64,000 bases of DNA from Pristiophorus japonicus (lineage: Eukaryota). The stretch spans positions 47,492,001 through 47,556,000 of the forward strand of contig NC_091994.1 in NCBI RefSeq assembly GCF_044704955.1, in the 5' to 3' direction. Within the stretch, counting starts at the first letter, position 1, and each line of letters starts with the position of its first letter. Below are positions 34,901-48,220 of this stretch, one piece after another. The position numbers were made by a program, and so were the translations under genes. The notes beneath the pieces were generated by a model, which ran no database searches, was not told where the DNA came from, and was given only the letters and a program-made list of their open reading frames with translations.

Positions 34901-36286
34901 AATTCCTGCCGAACCGCGTTCGGATAAACACCTGGGATGATCCATAATTGTAGATCATGAACTGCACCATTTAATGACACCTTGACTACTATACTACCAA
35001 TCACCAGTATGAGTTCCTTAGTGTAAGTACGCAACTTGGCATTGACTGGACTCAGCTTAGGCTGCACAGCCTCAGTGTCCCACAGCTTGTTGAATGCCCT
35101 TTGGCTCATTATCGACTGACTCACACCTGTCAGCTTCACATTAACGATTATTGGCTGGCTCTTTCCCAAGAATGAATACAGACCATACACTTCCTCCCCG
35201 GCTTGTGTATCCGGGCCAGCACTGGACTGATCATCATCAACAATGTAATGAGTGGCAGCACGGTTGTTCAGTTTTGGGCACATTCTCTGAAGATGCCCCA
35301 CTTTCGAACAGCCATTACAGGCGTATTGTTTAAACTGACACTGATGAGGCCGATGATTGCCCCCACAATGCCAACAGGGTGAAATCAAAATTTGTACCAG
35401 TTGGCGGACTCTGAGCAGCTATAGGTTTCACATAAGCAGTCGAGTAGGCCTTGCCATAAGCAGGTCTGCCAGAAGACGACACAATCTTGTTTACAGTAGC
35501 TGTCGTGGAGCTCCGATTCTTCGTTGATATCTGCCTCAAATTATCATCAGTCGTTATGCATGCCTGGGTAGTCGCGATGGCCTTTCTCAAATCCAGCTTC
35601 TCTTTGGCCAAAAGCTTCCGCAGAATCACATCGTGGTTGATGCCTATCACGAAGAAATCTCGCAACATGTCTTCCAACACGTTCCCGAACTTACGCGGCT
35701 CAGCAAGACGTCGTAGGTCGGCGATGAATCCCGACACAGCTTGGTCCTCAGCACGAACATGTATATAGAAGCAATAGTGTGAGATAATGATTCCCTCTTT
35801 TGGCTTAAGATGGCCACACATCAAAACACACAAATCCTCGTGCTCTTTGTCCATTTGACGTAAAGGCGTGAGAAGATTCTTCATAAGGCCGTAAATTTTC
35901 GGATGACAAATGGTGAGGAAAACCGCCATGCGCCTAATTGCATCAGCCTCTCCCTCCATTTTGTTGGCCACAAAATACTGATCCAGGCGGTCGATAAAAT
36001 CAGCCCAATTTTCGCCCTCCGCAAATCTCTCCAGAATTCCAATAGTGCCCATTGTACATGCGAAGGTTTTAAGTTACCTCGTCGTCAAATGTAATGACTC
36101 AAGAGCTTTGTTACTGTAAACGGCCTCAGGCGTAAACCTGATCCAACTTTATTTGCGCTCAAAGTACCTGTGTGACATAGTACCCGCTCTTATATATCAG
36201 TGATCGCGCACATGCGCATACAACCCGATGACCTCTGACAGTGGCGCCCCCTGGTGTCTGGCGACCCCAAGTATCAAGATATAACA
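31978..36286 (-). mobile_element. Full-length degenerate Gypsy LTR retrotransposon
   Basis: LTRs 31978-32154 and 36090-36286 (TG...CA); TSD ATATG; degenerate PBS TGACGACGAGG; gag from 36052 with CCHC knuckles, RT (FQDDIL), RNase H (DHKPL), integrase (HIDFAGP, SDNG). Confidence 0.95.
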
Positions 36287-36631
36287 ATATGGAGTTTCAA
36301 AAAGGGGTTTGATAACCTGCAACATTAGAGGTTTGTTGATAAAACTAGAGGGAATGTGGGAGTGTGGAATTGTTGAACGGAGATAGAAGATATATCCGTG
36401 ATGAGAGGCTTTAGTTATGAGGAGGGTCGAGAGTAATTGAAGACTTTTGCAGATCAAGGAAGGTTAAGAAAAGATCTAATACAGTTGCTCAGAACTTTTG
36501 GTAAGGTAAATTGGGTAAAAACTATTTCCAGTGGTTGGTGAGTTAGTAACTAGAGGGAATAAATATAAGATCATCACCGAACGAATGAAAGGAAAGGGCT
36601 GGTGAATGTTTATGTTGTGGAGGGGAGTTAG

Positions 36632-37572
36632 GACTGGGTGGATGAAGGGGAGCCAATGGATGTGGTGTATTTGGACTTCCAGAAGGCATTTGACAAGGTG
36701 CCACCTAAAAGATTACAGCAGAAGATAAAAGTTCACGGGGTTGAGGGTAATATATTAGCATTGATAGAGGATTGGCTAACTAACAGAAAACAGGGAGTCG
36801 GGACAAATGGTTCATTCTCGGGTTGGCAATCAGTAACTAATGGGTGCCGCAGGGATCAGTGCTGGGGCCCTAACTATTAACAATCTATATTAACGACTTG
36901 GAAGAAGGGGACCGAGTGTAACATAGCCAAGTTTGTTGACGATACAAAGATGGGAGGAAAAGCAATGTGTGAGGAGGACACACAAAATCTGCAAAAGGAC
37001 ATAGTTAGGCTAAGTGAGTTGGTAAAAATTTGGCAGATGGAGTATAATGTTGGAAAGTGTGAGGTCATGCACTTTGGCATCAAAAAATCAAAGAGCAAGT
37101 TATTATTTAAATGGAGAATAATTGCAAAGAGCTGCAGTACAGCAGGACCTGGGGGTACTTGTGCATGAAACACAAAAGGTTACTATGCAGGTACAGCAAA
37201 TGATCAGGAAGGCCAATGGAATCTTGGCCTTTATTGCAAAGGGGATATTGTATAAAAACAGGGAAGTCTTGCTACAGTGATACAGGGTATTAGTGAGGCC
37301 ACACCTGAAATACTGCGTACAGTTTGGTTTCCATAATTACGAAAGGATATACTTGCTTTGGAGGCAGTTCAGAGAAGGTTCACTTTGGTTGATTCCGGAG
37401 ATGAGAGGGTTGATTTATGAGGAAAGGTTGAGGAGGTTGGGCCTCTACTCATTGGAATTCTGAAGAATGAGAGGTGATCTTATCAAAACGTTTAAGATTA
37501 TTAAATGGCGGAGCAGGCTCGAGGGGCCGTAAGGCCTACTCCGGCTCCTATTCCTTATGTTCTTATCTTCTT
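36632..37572 (+). mobile_element. 5'-truncated CR1, specific to copy 2
   Basis: DVVYLDFQKAFDKVP and YNVGKCEVMHFG; CTTATGTT tail; empty site at ~2688. Confidence 0.9.
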
Positions 37573-37867
37573 ATGGCATGGAATGCCCGATCAGAAACAG
37601 TGGGGGAAACAATTCAAACAGGTTTTAAAGGGGAAGTAAATATGAATTTGCAAAATAATATTGAAAAGGGCTTTTGAAATGGAACCAAGTGGCTGGGTCT
37701 TTCAAAGCACCAGCACAGGTGCATGGGGCGGATGGCCCCGTTCTATTCTGTCAGATTCTATGGTTCTATGTGTGGTCACAGAGGGAGTGCATTGTGTGGT
37801 CGAGTGTACTGACACATGTCCCAACTTCTCCCAACACCTCCCAACACTTTTTACTCAACATGATTAG

Positions 37868-40800
37868 TGTTACACTCATAATAAATGGTCAAACTGAGTA
37901 CTGTGTATAATGAGCAAGTGTGATCTTAGCTCCTTTATTAAGATTCCAGAGTGCAGGTACCTCGTGGGTGGCCTGCTAAAATACTTTGCTCCCAAGGGAT
38001 GCTGGGATCCCTTGGGACTCCAACATGTAGGCCCTCTGGTGGTCAGGTGTGATGCAGGTTGCAAGGGGTTAAATACATAACATCACTCCCCCGTGAAGTC
38101 AACAGTACACTTATTTACAAGGTGAGACGATCTGGGACTTTGCAGTCCCTTGTCGATCGTCTCGGTACAAATGCTGGTGTGGGTGGGTTGGTCAGTTCTT
38201 CACTGGGCTGTTGGGCAGCCAGCCTTGCTGGGCTGCTGGGGATGATGAGTTTGGTTTTGTGGTCAACTATGGTGCCAGTTGTCACTTGTATGTGTGTGTG
38301 TTGGAGGGTCAAATTTGGTGGTGTCTTCTTCAGGTTGGTGAACCTCAATTTGATTTGGTCCAAGTGTTTTCTGTGCATTTGTCCATTGGCCAGTTTGACC
38401 TGAAACACCCTACTCCCCTCTTTGGCTGTTACCATGCCAGCGAGTCATTTGGGACCATGTCCATAATTGAGCACAAACACAGGATCATTGATCTCAATAT
38501 CGCGTGACAATTTTACGCAGTCATGGTACACACTTTGTTGATGCCGCTTGCCCTCCACGTGATCATGGAGATCAGGGTGGACATGACAGAGCCTTGTTTT
38601 AAGCGTTCTTTTCATGAGCAGCTCAGCTGGGGGAATGACGGTGAGTGATTCGGATCTGGTGCGATAGCTGAGCGGTACTCGGGACAACCGGGTCTGCAGG
38701 GAGCCTTCCGACACGCGTTTCAAGCTCTGCTTGATGGTCTCAACTGCCCGTTTTGTCTGGCCATTTGATGCGGGCTTGAACGGGGCAGGTGTGACATGTT
38801 TGATCCGGTTGCGGGTCATGAATTCCTTGAATTCAGCACTGGTGAAGCACTGCCCATTGTCGCTGACTAGGACATCAGGCAAGTCGTGCGTGGCAAACAT
38901 GGCTCGTAGGCTTTCAATGGTGGCTTTGGATGTGCTTACAGACATTATTGCACATTCAATCCATTTTGAGTAAGCGTCCACGACAACCAAAAACATTTTG
39001 TCTTGGAATAGGCCCGCATAGTCTACATGGATGCTCGACCATGGTTTGGATGGTCATGATCACAAACTTAGTGGTGCCTCTCTGGGTGCATTGCTCAACT
39101 GAGAGCAAGTGTTGCACTGGCACACGCATGACTCTAAATCTGAGTCGATGCCAGGCCACCACATGTAGAATCTGGCTATGGCTTTCATCATTACGATGCC
39201 TGGGTGGGTGTTGTGCAGTTTCCAAATAAATGTCTCTCTGCCTTCCTTGGGGAAGACTACGCGATTGCCCCACAAAAGACAGTCCACCTGCAGGGACAAC
39301 TCGTCTTTGCATCTGTGGAATGGCTTAATCACTTCCTGCATCTCCACTGGGACACTGGACCAGCTCCTATGGAGGACACAGATTTGTACAAAGGACAGTA
39401 AAGGATTCTGGCTGGTCCAGGTCCTGATCTGGTGGGCCGTAATGGCGGACTTCTCGTTCTCAAATGGCTCCATGATCATGAGCAAGTCTGCTGGCTGTGA
39501 ATTTTCCATTGGGCAATGGTAGCCGACTGAGAGCTTCTGCACAGTTCTCTGTGCCCGGTCTGCGGCGGCTTACATAGTTGTATGCCGACAGCATGAGTGC
39601 CCATCTTTGGATGCGAGCAGAGGCATTGGTATTAATCCCTTTGCTCTCCGAGAATAACGATATGAGCGGCTTATGGTCAGTTTCGAGCTCAAACTTGTGG
39701 CCAAATAAGTACTGGTGCATTTTTTTTACCCCGTAAGCACATGCCAGAGCCTCTTTTTCAACCATGCGCTAGGCCCTTTCGGCCTTGGACAAACATCTGG
39801 ATGCATACGCAACCGGTTGCAAAATTCCCGATTCATTAGCCTGTTGTAACACACACCCGACCCCGTATGACGATGCATCGCAAGCTAACACTAATCACTT
39901 ACATGGGTTATACAGGACAAGCAGTTTGTTAGAACATAATATGTTTCTGGCTTTCTTAAAGACAGCCTCTTGTGAATTCCCCCATACCCAGTCGTCTTCC
40001 TTGCGCAGTAGCGCATGTCGGGGTCCTAGCAGGGTGCTTAACCCAGGTAGGTAATTACTGAAATAGTTAAGGAGCCCCAGGAATGACTGCAACTCTGTCA
40101 CATTCTGTGATCGCGGCGCGTTCTTGATGGCCTCCGTCTTGTCGCGGTGGGTCTGATGTCGTCTGCTGTGATTCTCCTTCCTAAGAATTCGACGCCCTGT
40201 GTCAGGAAAACACACTTCGAGCGTTTCAACCTGAGCCCCACGCGATCCAACCGACTAAGAACCTCCTCCAGATTCTTCAAGTGCTCCGTGGCGTCCCGAC
40301 CTGTAACCAATATTTCGTCCTGGAAGACCACTGTTAAAGGAACCGACTGTAGCAGGCTCTCCATGTTCCGCTGGAAGATCGCTGCGGCAGACCAAATCCC
40401 GAACGAGCACCAGTTGTAGATAAACAGACCTTTGTGTATGTTGATGCAGGCGATGCCTTTCAAAGACTCCTCCCGCTCCTGCATCATGAAGGCCGAGGTC
40501 AGGTCCAGCTTGGTGAATGTCTTCCCTCCAGCCAGGGTCGCAAATAGGTCGTCTGCCTTGGGTAGTGGGTACTGGTCCTGCAGCGAAAAACGGTTAATCG
40601 TTACTTTGTAGTGCATGCAAATTTTAACCGTACTGTTCTCCTTGAGTACCAGAACAATCGGACTGGCCCAGTCATTGAATTCCACCGGCACGATGATGCC
40701 TTCACGTTGCAGCCTGTCCAGCACGATTTCCACTTTTTCACGCATCATGTACGGTACCGCACGAGCCTTGTGGTGATTGGGCCGCGTACCGGGAACCAAA

Positions 40801-42383
40801 TGGATGTGCACTTTCGCTCTCGAAAAGCTTCCAATGCCTGGCTCAAACAACGAAGGGAACTTGCTTAGAACCTGGGTACATGCGGTGTCGTCGACGGATG
40901 AAAGCGCTCAGATTTCATCCCAGTTGCAGCAGATTTTCCCCAGCCAGCTTCAACCAAACAAAGTGGGGCTAGCCCCTGGCGCAATCCACAGTGGGAGTTC
41001 GTGTACTGCTCCTTTATAGGAGACTTTGACTGCCAATTACAGGGATTAGTTCCTTGGTATACGTCCTTAGTTTGGTGTGAATGGGGCTGAGCTTGGACCT
41101 GTGTGTCTTCTTTCCCCACAACCTGGTGAAGACTGTTTTACTCATTATGGACTGACTTGCCCCTGTGTCCAACTCCATAGACACTGGAATGCCATTCAGT
41201 TCAACTTTCAACATTATTGGTGGGCATTTCGTCATGAACGTGTGTACCCCGTACACCTCTGCCTCCTCAATACGAGTTTCCAATTCCATCTGATCCACTG
41301 TGGATCGATCTTCCTCTGCAACGTGGTGGTTTGCAGGGTTTGCAGCTCGCCTCCACATTCGCTGGAGGTGACCAATTGTTCTGCAGCCATTACACGAATA
41401 GTGCTTAAAGCGGCATTGATGGGGCCGATGATCACGTCCGCAGCACCAACATGGTGTTAACTGCCTCGCATTAACAGATGATGGCTGACTCTGGGTCAAC
41501 TGAGGTCGGACCACAGCAGCAGGCGTGTACTTTCTGCCATGTACATTTCTGCTCAAAACCGACGTTACTTTATGCACTGTACTTGCCGAAACTTCTTTGT
41601 TCTGCGAAATCTGCTTGGTGCTGTCATTGGTGGACATAAATGCCTGGGCTATCATTATGGCTTTACTCAGACTCGGAGTTTCTACAGTCAACAGTTTGCG
41701 AAGGATTGTCTCATGTCCAATAACCAGTACAAAAAAGCCTCTGAGCATTTGTTCTAGGAATCCCTCAAACTCACAATGTCCTGCAAGGCACCTTAGTTCG
41801 GCGACATAGCTCGCCACTTCCTGGCCCTCCGATTGTTGACACTTGTAGAACCGATATCTCACCATCAAAATGCTTTCCTTAGGATTTAGGTGCTCCCGGA
41901 GCAGCGTACAGAATACTTCATAGGATTTCTCTGTTGGTTTTGCCGGGGCCAGGGGATTCTTCATGAGGTTATAGGCTGTTGCCCCACAGACAGTTAGGAG
42001 GATCGCCCTTTGTTTGGTAGCGGTCTCGTCCCCTTCCAGCTCATTGGCCACGAAGTTTTGGTTGAGTCTCTCCACGAAGGCCTTCCAATCGTCCCCTTCT
42101 GAGAACTTCTCCAGGATGCCGACTGTTCTTTGCATTTTCGCGTGGTTGTTTGTTACCTCGTCGCCAATTGTTGCACTCATAATAAATAGTCAGACTGAGT
42201 ATTGTGTGTCATGAGCAAGTGTGACCTTAGCTCCTTTATTAAGATTCCAGAGTGCAGGTACCTTGTGGGTGGCCTGCTTATATTCTGTGCTCCCAAGGAT
42301 TGCTGGGATCCCTTGGGACTCCAACAGGTGTGCCCTCTGGTGGTCATGTGTGATGCAGGTTACAAGGGGCTAAATACATAATT
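37868..42383 (-). mobile_element. Second full-length degenerate Gypsy LTR retrotransposon
   Basis: LTRs 37868-38082 and 42169-42383; TSD ATTAG/ATTCG; PBS TGGCGACGAGG (tRNA-Ser(GCU)-type); PPT; gag, protease LDTGA, RT, RNase H and integrase in Gypsy order. Confidence 0.95.
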
Positions 42384-45300
42384 ATTCGGAATGGCCCGAG
42401 CCCATTCTGAATTGAAACTTAACCTTATGCATGAAGTGAATGGGAGGCAGCATGTTTGGTTGGGGTTGGGTTAAGACTGGAAATAATATGGGATGCTTTC
42501 ATGACCTCTCGAATAACCCCACACTGAAAGGTCATAATCTTTCAAGCTAACATAGAATTTTTATTAAGTTCAAGACAGAAATATAGTTTATTTCCCTTTC
42601 TGTGAGTGATTTTACAATGAATTAAACATTCCAAATCTTTTGGAATGCTTTTTTAATATTTTATTGAAGTCGTGGCTTGGTGCAATAGATTTTAAAAGTT
42701 TGTGTAGGGAGTGCTGCTGGATGCTTGCAAGGCTTTGGATGGTAAAGGAATGCCTCTGTCAAGACAGGAAATGCTGGAAATACTCAACAGATAAGGCAGC
42801 AACTGTGGAGAGAGAAACAGAGTTCACATCTCAGGTCGATCCGCTGCCTGACTTGCTGAGTATTTCCAGAGATTTCTGCATTTATTTCAGACTTCCAGCA
42901 TTTTCCGTTTTTAATTTGCGATTTCCAGCATCTGCTAGCAGAGGGAAGGAGAAGGCGCAGAGGAGGAAGACACAGAGAGATAGAAGCAGAAGAGGAGGAA
43001 GCTGATGGGAGGATGCAATGCAGACAGTCCCTTTCTGGCTGGGAGATCCGGGATGGAATCATTCGCCTGCAGTACCAGTGAGCACAACCCCAATTCCTCT
43101 TTCAACATTTGTCCCCACCTTACCTTCCCTCTGTTACTGACCATCACAGCGTTCGCTTGGCCACAATGCTGAAATAAAACCCACCACAATGTAAATGTTC
43201 CAATCCAACTTTATACATCTATTCATCCAACATGACCAGAAGTCAACTAATCACCCTTATGCATTCCCTTAGTGACCGTCTTGTGTGTGCCTTTACCTGT
43301 CCTAATGATGTCACTCAGTGCTACCCCAGTGTCTGCAGCATGGCTGGTGGGAGGCTGCTGACTTTCAGTGGGGGACACTGCAGATGGCCTTGTATGTCGC
43401 CCTCTAGGAGCTGGTGGCTGGGAGTGTCAAATCTTCTCCTTCTCCCTCCTCCTCTCCCTCCTCCTCCCTTCTCCCTCCTCCTACTGCTCGCTCCACGTCC
43501 TCCTCCTCCCTGCTTCTCCTCCTTCCTCCCTCTTCCTCCCTCCTCCTCCTTCCTCTTCTCATTTTTCTTCTTCATCTTCATCTTCCTCCTCCTCTTCCTC
43601 CTCTTTTTCCTCTTCTTCTTAATGCCCAGAAGAAAGTTCAGCTTTAAGAGCTGAAGTCTGCCATTTTAGAATTATTTATTTTTGAGAAGACAGTTGATCT
43701 CTAAGGGCATAAATACTAACTATTTTTCAGGATCATCCACTTGGCATTTCGGGCAAAAGATGATTGAAAACGCTTCAGCCTTGTCTTTTGCAGTCACATG
43801 CTGGGCTCCTCCATCATTGAGGATTGGGATTTTCATGGAGCCTCCTCCTCCCTTTAGTTGTTTAATGGTCCACCACCATTCACGGCTGGATGTGACATGA
43901 CTGCAGAGCTTTGATCTGATCCTTTGGTAGTGGGATCGTTTAGCTTTGTCTGTAGCATGCTGCTTCTGTTGCTTAGCATGTATGTAGTCCTGTGTTGCAG
44001 TATCCCCAGGTTGCCACCTCATTTTTAGGTGTGCCTGGTGCTGCTCCTGACGTGCTCCTGTACACTCTGCATTGAACCAGTTACATAAGGACATAACATA
44101 AGAAATACAAACAGGAGTAGGCCATTTGACCACTCGAGCCTGCTCCACCATTTAATAAGATCATGGCTGATCTGATCATGGACTCAGCTCCACTTCCCTG
44201 CCCACTCCCCATAACCCTTTATTCCCTTATTGCTCAAAAATCTGTCTATCTCTGCCTTAAATATATTCAATGACCCAGCCTCCACTGCTCTCTGGGGCAA
44301 AGAATTTCACAGATTTACAACCCTCTGAGAGAAGAAATTCCTCCTCATCTCAGTTTTAAATGGGCAGCCCCTTATTGTGAGACTATGTCCCTAGTTTTAG
44401 TTTCTCCTATGAGTGGGAATATCTTGTCTGCATCCATCTTGTCGAACTCCCTCATTATGTTATATGTTTCAACAAGATCATCGTACATTCTTCTGAACTC
44501 AAATGAGTTCATGCAATCTACTCAACTTATCTTCATAAGACAACTCTCCCTTATCTCCGGAATGAACCTAGTGAAACTTCTCTGAACAGCCTCCAATATA
44601 AGTATATCCTTCCTTAAATACGGAGACCAAAACTGTATGCTGGACTCTAGCTGTGGCCTCACCAATACCATGTACAGTTGTAGCAGGGCATCTCTGCTTT
44701 TAGATTCCATTCCCCTTGCAATAAAGGCCAATATTCCATTTGCCTTCCTGATTACTTGCTGTACCTGCATACTAACTTTTTGTGTTTCATGCACAAGGAC
44801 CCCTTGGTCCCTCTGTACTGCAGCATGTTGCAATTTTTGTCCATTTAAATTATAATTTGCTTTTCTATTTTTTCTGCTAAAGTGGCTAACCTAACATTTT
44901 CCCACATTGTACTCCACCTGCCAAATTTTTGCCCACTCACTTAGCCTGTCTATGTTTCCCTTTGCAGATTTTTTGTGTCCTCCTCAGAATTTGCTTTTCC
45001 ACCCATCTTTGTATCCTGGTTCCTGGCTTAATGATAATGGCGGAGTGAGGGATATACTGGGCCATGATGTTACAGGTTGTGGTGGAATACAGTTCTGCTG
45101 CTGCTGATGGCCCACAGTGCCTCATGGAAGGCCAGTTTGAGCTATCCCATTTACCACGGTGGTAGTGCCACACAACACGATGGAGGGTGTCCTCAGTTTG
45201 AAGACGAGACTTCGTCTCCACATGGACTGTGCTCTGGTCATTGCTACCAATACTGACATGGGCCGATGCATCTGCGACAGGTAGATTGGTGAGTCGAGGT

Positions 45301-47589
45301 CATATATTTATTCCCACGTGTTGGTTCATGACCTGCCGCAGGCCCAATCTGGCAGCTTTGTTCTTCAGGAACTGCCAGCTCAGTCAGTAGTGGTGCTACC
45401 GAGCCACTCTTGTTGATGCACATTGAAGTAATCCACCCACAGTACATTCTGTGCCCTTGATACCCTTCGTGCTTCTTCCAAGTGGTGTTGGCCATGGAGG
45501 AGTAATAATTCATCAGCTGAGGAAGGGTGGTAAGTGGTAATCAGCAGGAGGTTTCCTTGCTCATGCTTAACCTGAAACCATGAGACTTTGTGGGGTTCGG
45601 AATCAGTGTTGAGAACTCCCAGGGCCACTACCTACTGACTGTATTCCACTGTGCCGCCCCCTCTGGTGGATCCGTCCTGCCGGTGAGTCAGGACATACCC
45701 AGTAATGGTGATGGAGGAGACTAGGACATTGGCTGAATAGTATGATTTTGTGAGGATGACTATGTCAGGCTGCAGCTCTCTCAATTTTGGCACAAGCCCC
45801 AGATGTTGGTGAGAAGGACTTTGCAGGGTCGACTGGGCTGGGTGTGCAGTTGTCGTGTCCGAAGCCGGTGCCGATATCAATGCTGGATGTTCTCACCGGT
45901 TTTATTCTTATTATTGTTTTCCGTAGCGTTTTGTACAACTGAGTGGCTTGCTCGGCCCTTTCAGAAGGCAGTTAGGAGTCAAATACATTGTTGTGTGACT
46001 GGAGTCACGTATAGGCCAGACCAGGTAAGGACGGCAGATTTCCTTCCCTAGGAGGACATCAGTGAACCAGATTGGTTTTATGACAGTCCTGTAGTTTCAT
46101 GGTCACCATGACTGATACTAGCTTTATATTCCAGATTTATTCAATTAATTGAATTTAAATTACGCAGCTGTTGTGGTGGGATTTGAATTCACTTCTCTGG
46201 ATCATTAGTCCAGGCCTCTGGATTAGTAGTTCACTAACATAACCACTGTGCTATTGTACTTACATTGGGGTTTGAGTGGGCAATGCTTAGATTCTAAAAT
46301 TCTCATCCTTTCTTTCAAATAACTCTATGGTCTCGCCCCTTCCTACTTCTGTAACGTCCTCTAGTCCTACGACCCTCCAATATCTCTGCACTGCTCCAAT
46401 TCTGCACATCGCTCTATCATTGGCACTATGCCTTCAGCAGCTTAGGCTCCAAACTTTGGGATTTCCTTGCTAATCCTCTCCGCCTCTCTACATCTCTCTC
46501 CTCCTTCAAGACGCCATTAACACCTACTTCTTGGATCAAGCTTAAGGTCACCTGTCCTAATATCGCTTTATGTGGCTTGGTGTCAGATTTGTGTCTCATT
46601 ACGCTCCTCTGAATCTCCTTGGGGCATTTTCTATTTTAAATGAGCTAGATAAATGCAAGTTGCCGTTCAGATATGTAATGCAAAGCTTTTGTTCTGTATA
46701 TGTAATGCAAAGCTATAGGCCATGGGCCAGACTGTATTCGAGCATTAGAAGCCCAGGCACATCCATCCTATTTGTGCTTACATTTGTAATTTACTGCCTC
46801 ATTGAGTGGGCTGTTTGACTATCTTAACTTCATAGTTAAACTGAACTACCCACTGAGCCACGGCTGACACTAGTCACTGCTCATCCTTCATTGCCTCATG
46901 CCTCCCTATCTCTGTAACCTCCTCCAATCCTAGAACCCGCCCCCCCCCACTTCTCTGAACTCACCCTTCCTGTGACTCGGGCATTTTTTACATTCTGCCC
47001 TTCCTTTGTCTCAACATTGGGGGCCGTGCCTTCAGCCGTCTCGGCCTCATGCTCTGGAATTCCCTCCCTAAACCCTTCTCTCTCTCCACCTCCTTCACTG
47101 ACTTGAAGACCTTCCTTAAAACCTCCTCTTGACCAAGCTTTCAGTCACCCCTCCGAATATTGTCTTTGTCTCGATGTCCTTGCTGTCTGATTACACCTCT
47201 GTGAGTCGCCGTGGGCTTTCTACTATGTAAAGGCAGGTTGTTGCTGCTGGGAATGGTGGGGGATGCGGCCTGGTTTTGGGCTCCTGATTCCCTTCTTTGG
47301 GAGCCATGTAGGGCTGACCGGCACCTTATTGATTTGCGACAAGTTGCTGGATGAAGAAAATAAAGGAAAGTGTCAACGGTCGTGAAACGGAGCTCCTAAT
47401 TCATGCTGCAGCACTCAGCACATTGTTGATAATCACCTCCTGGAGGGTGTGAACCGACAGTATAAAACGGCCTTGATCCGCGCAACCCAAGATCTTACTG
47501 ACTTTGCAAATTGTAACTCGATGCATTTTGACTTCTTGAAGCGACAGAGGGCAGAGCTCCCCAGCAGACAGCAAGGACCACCCAAAGTC

Positions 47590-47846
47590 CCGTGCCCCTG
47601 TCCAAGTACATCCCTCCCCCAGCCAAAGTGCCTTACCCCAGTCCAAGTAAATGCCTCCCCCAGCCAAAGTGCCTTACCCAATCCAACGACTTCCCTCCCC
47701 CAGCGAAATGCCTTATCCCAATCCAAGTGTAAGGCTCTCCAGCCAAAGTACCTTACCCCAGTGAAAGAGTATGCCTCCCACAGCCAAAGTCCCAAAGCCC
47801 AGCGCAAGTGCATGCCTACCCCAGCCAAACTACTTCTCTCCCCCAG
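47590..47846. repeat. Copy-2 remnant of the 41-bp minisatellite (continues at 62161-62265 after the CR1)
   Basis: Same unit as 12540-14465. Confidence 0.88.
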
Positions 47847-48220
47847 GAGTTCGGCGAGAGGCGGGAGTTCCGGGGATCGGAGAGGCCTACAAAAGGCCAG
47901 TGAGACCAGGAGCAGCGCGAGTTCCATGAGAGGCGGGGGTTCCGGGGATCGGAGAGGCCTACAAAAGGCCAGTGAGACCAGGAGCAGTGCGAGTTCGGTG
48001 AGAGGCGGGAGTTCCGGGGATCGGAGAGGCCTACGAAAGGTCAGTGAGACCAGCAGCAGTGCGAGTTCGGTGAGAGTTCCGGGGATCGGAGAGCCCTACA
48101 AAAGGCCAGTGAGACCAGGAGCAGCGTGATTTCGACGAGAGGCGGGAGTTCCGGGGATCGGAGAGGCCTACAAAAGGCCAGTGAGACCAGGAGCAGCGCG
48201 AGTTCGGCGAGAGGCGGGGC
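47847..48220 (+). repeat. 72-bp tandem monomers in the CR1 5' UTR
   Basis: Unit starts at 47847, 47919, 47991, 48063, 48128 and 48200. Confidence 0.92.
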
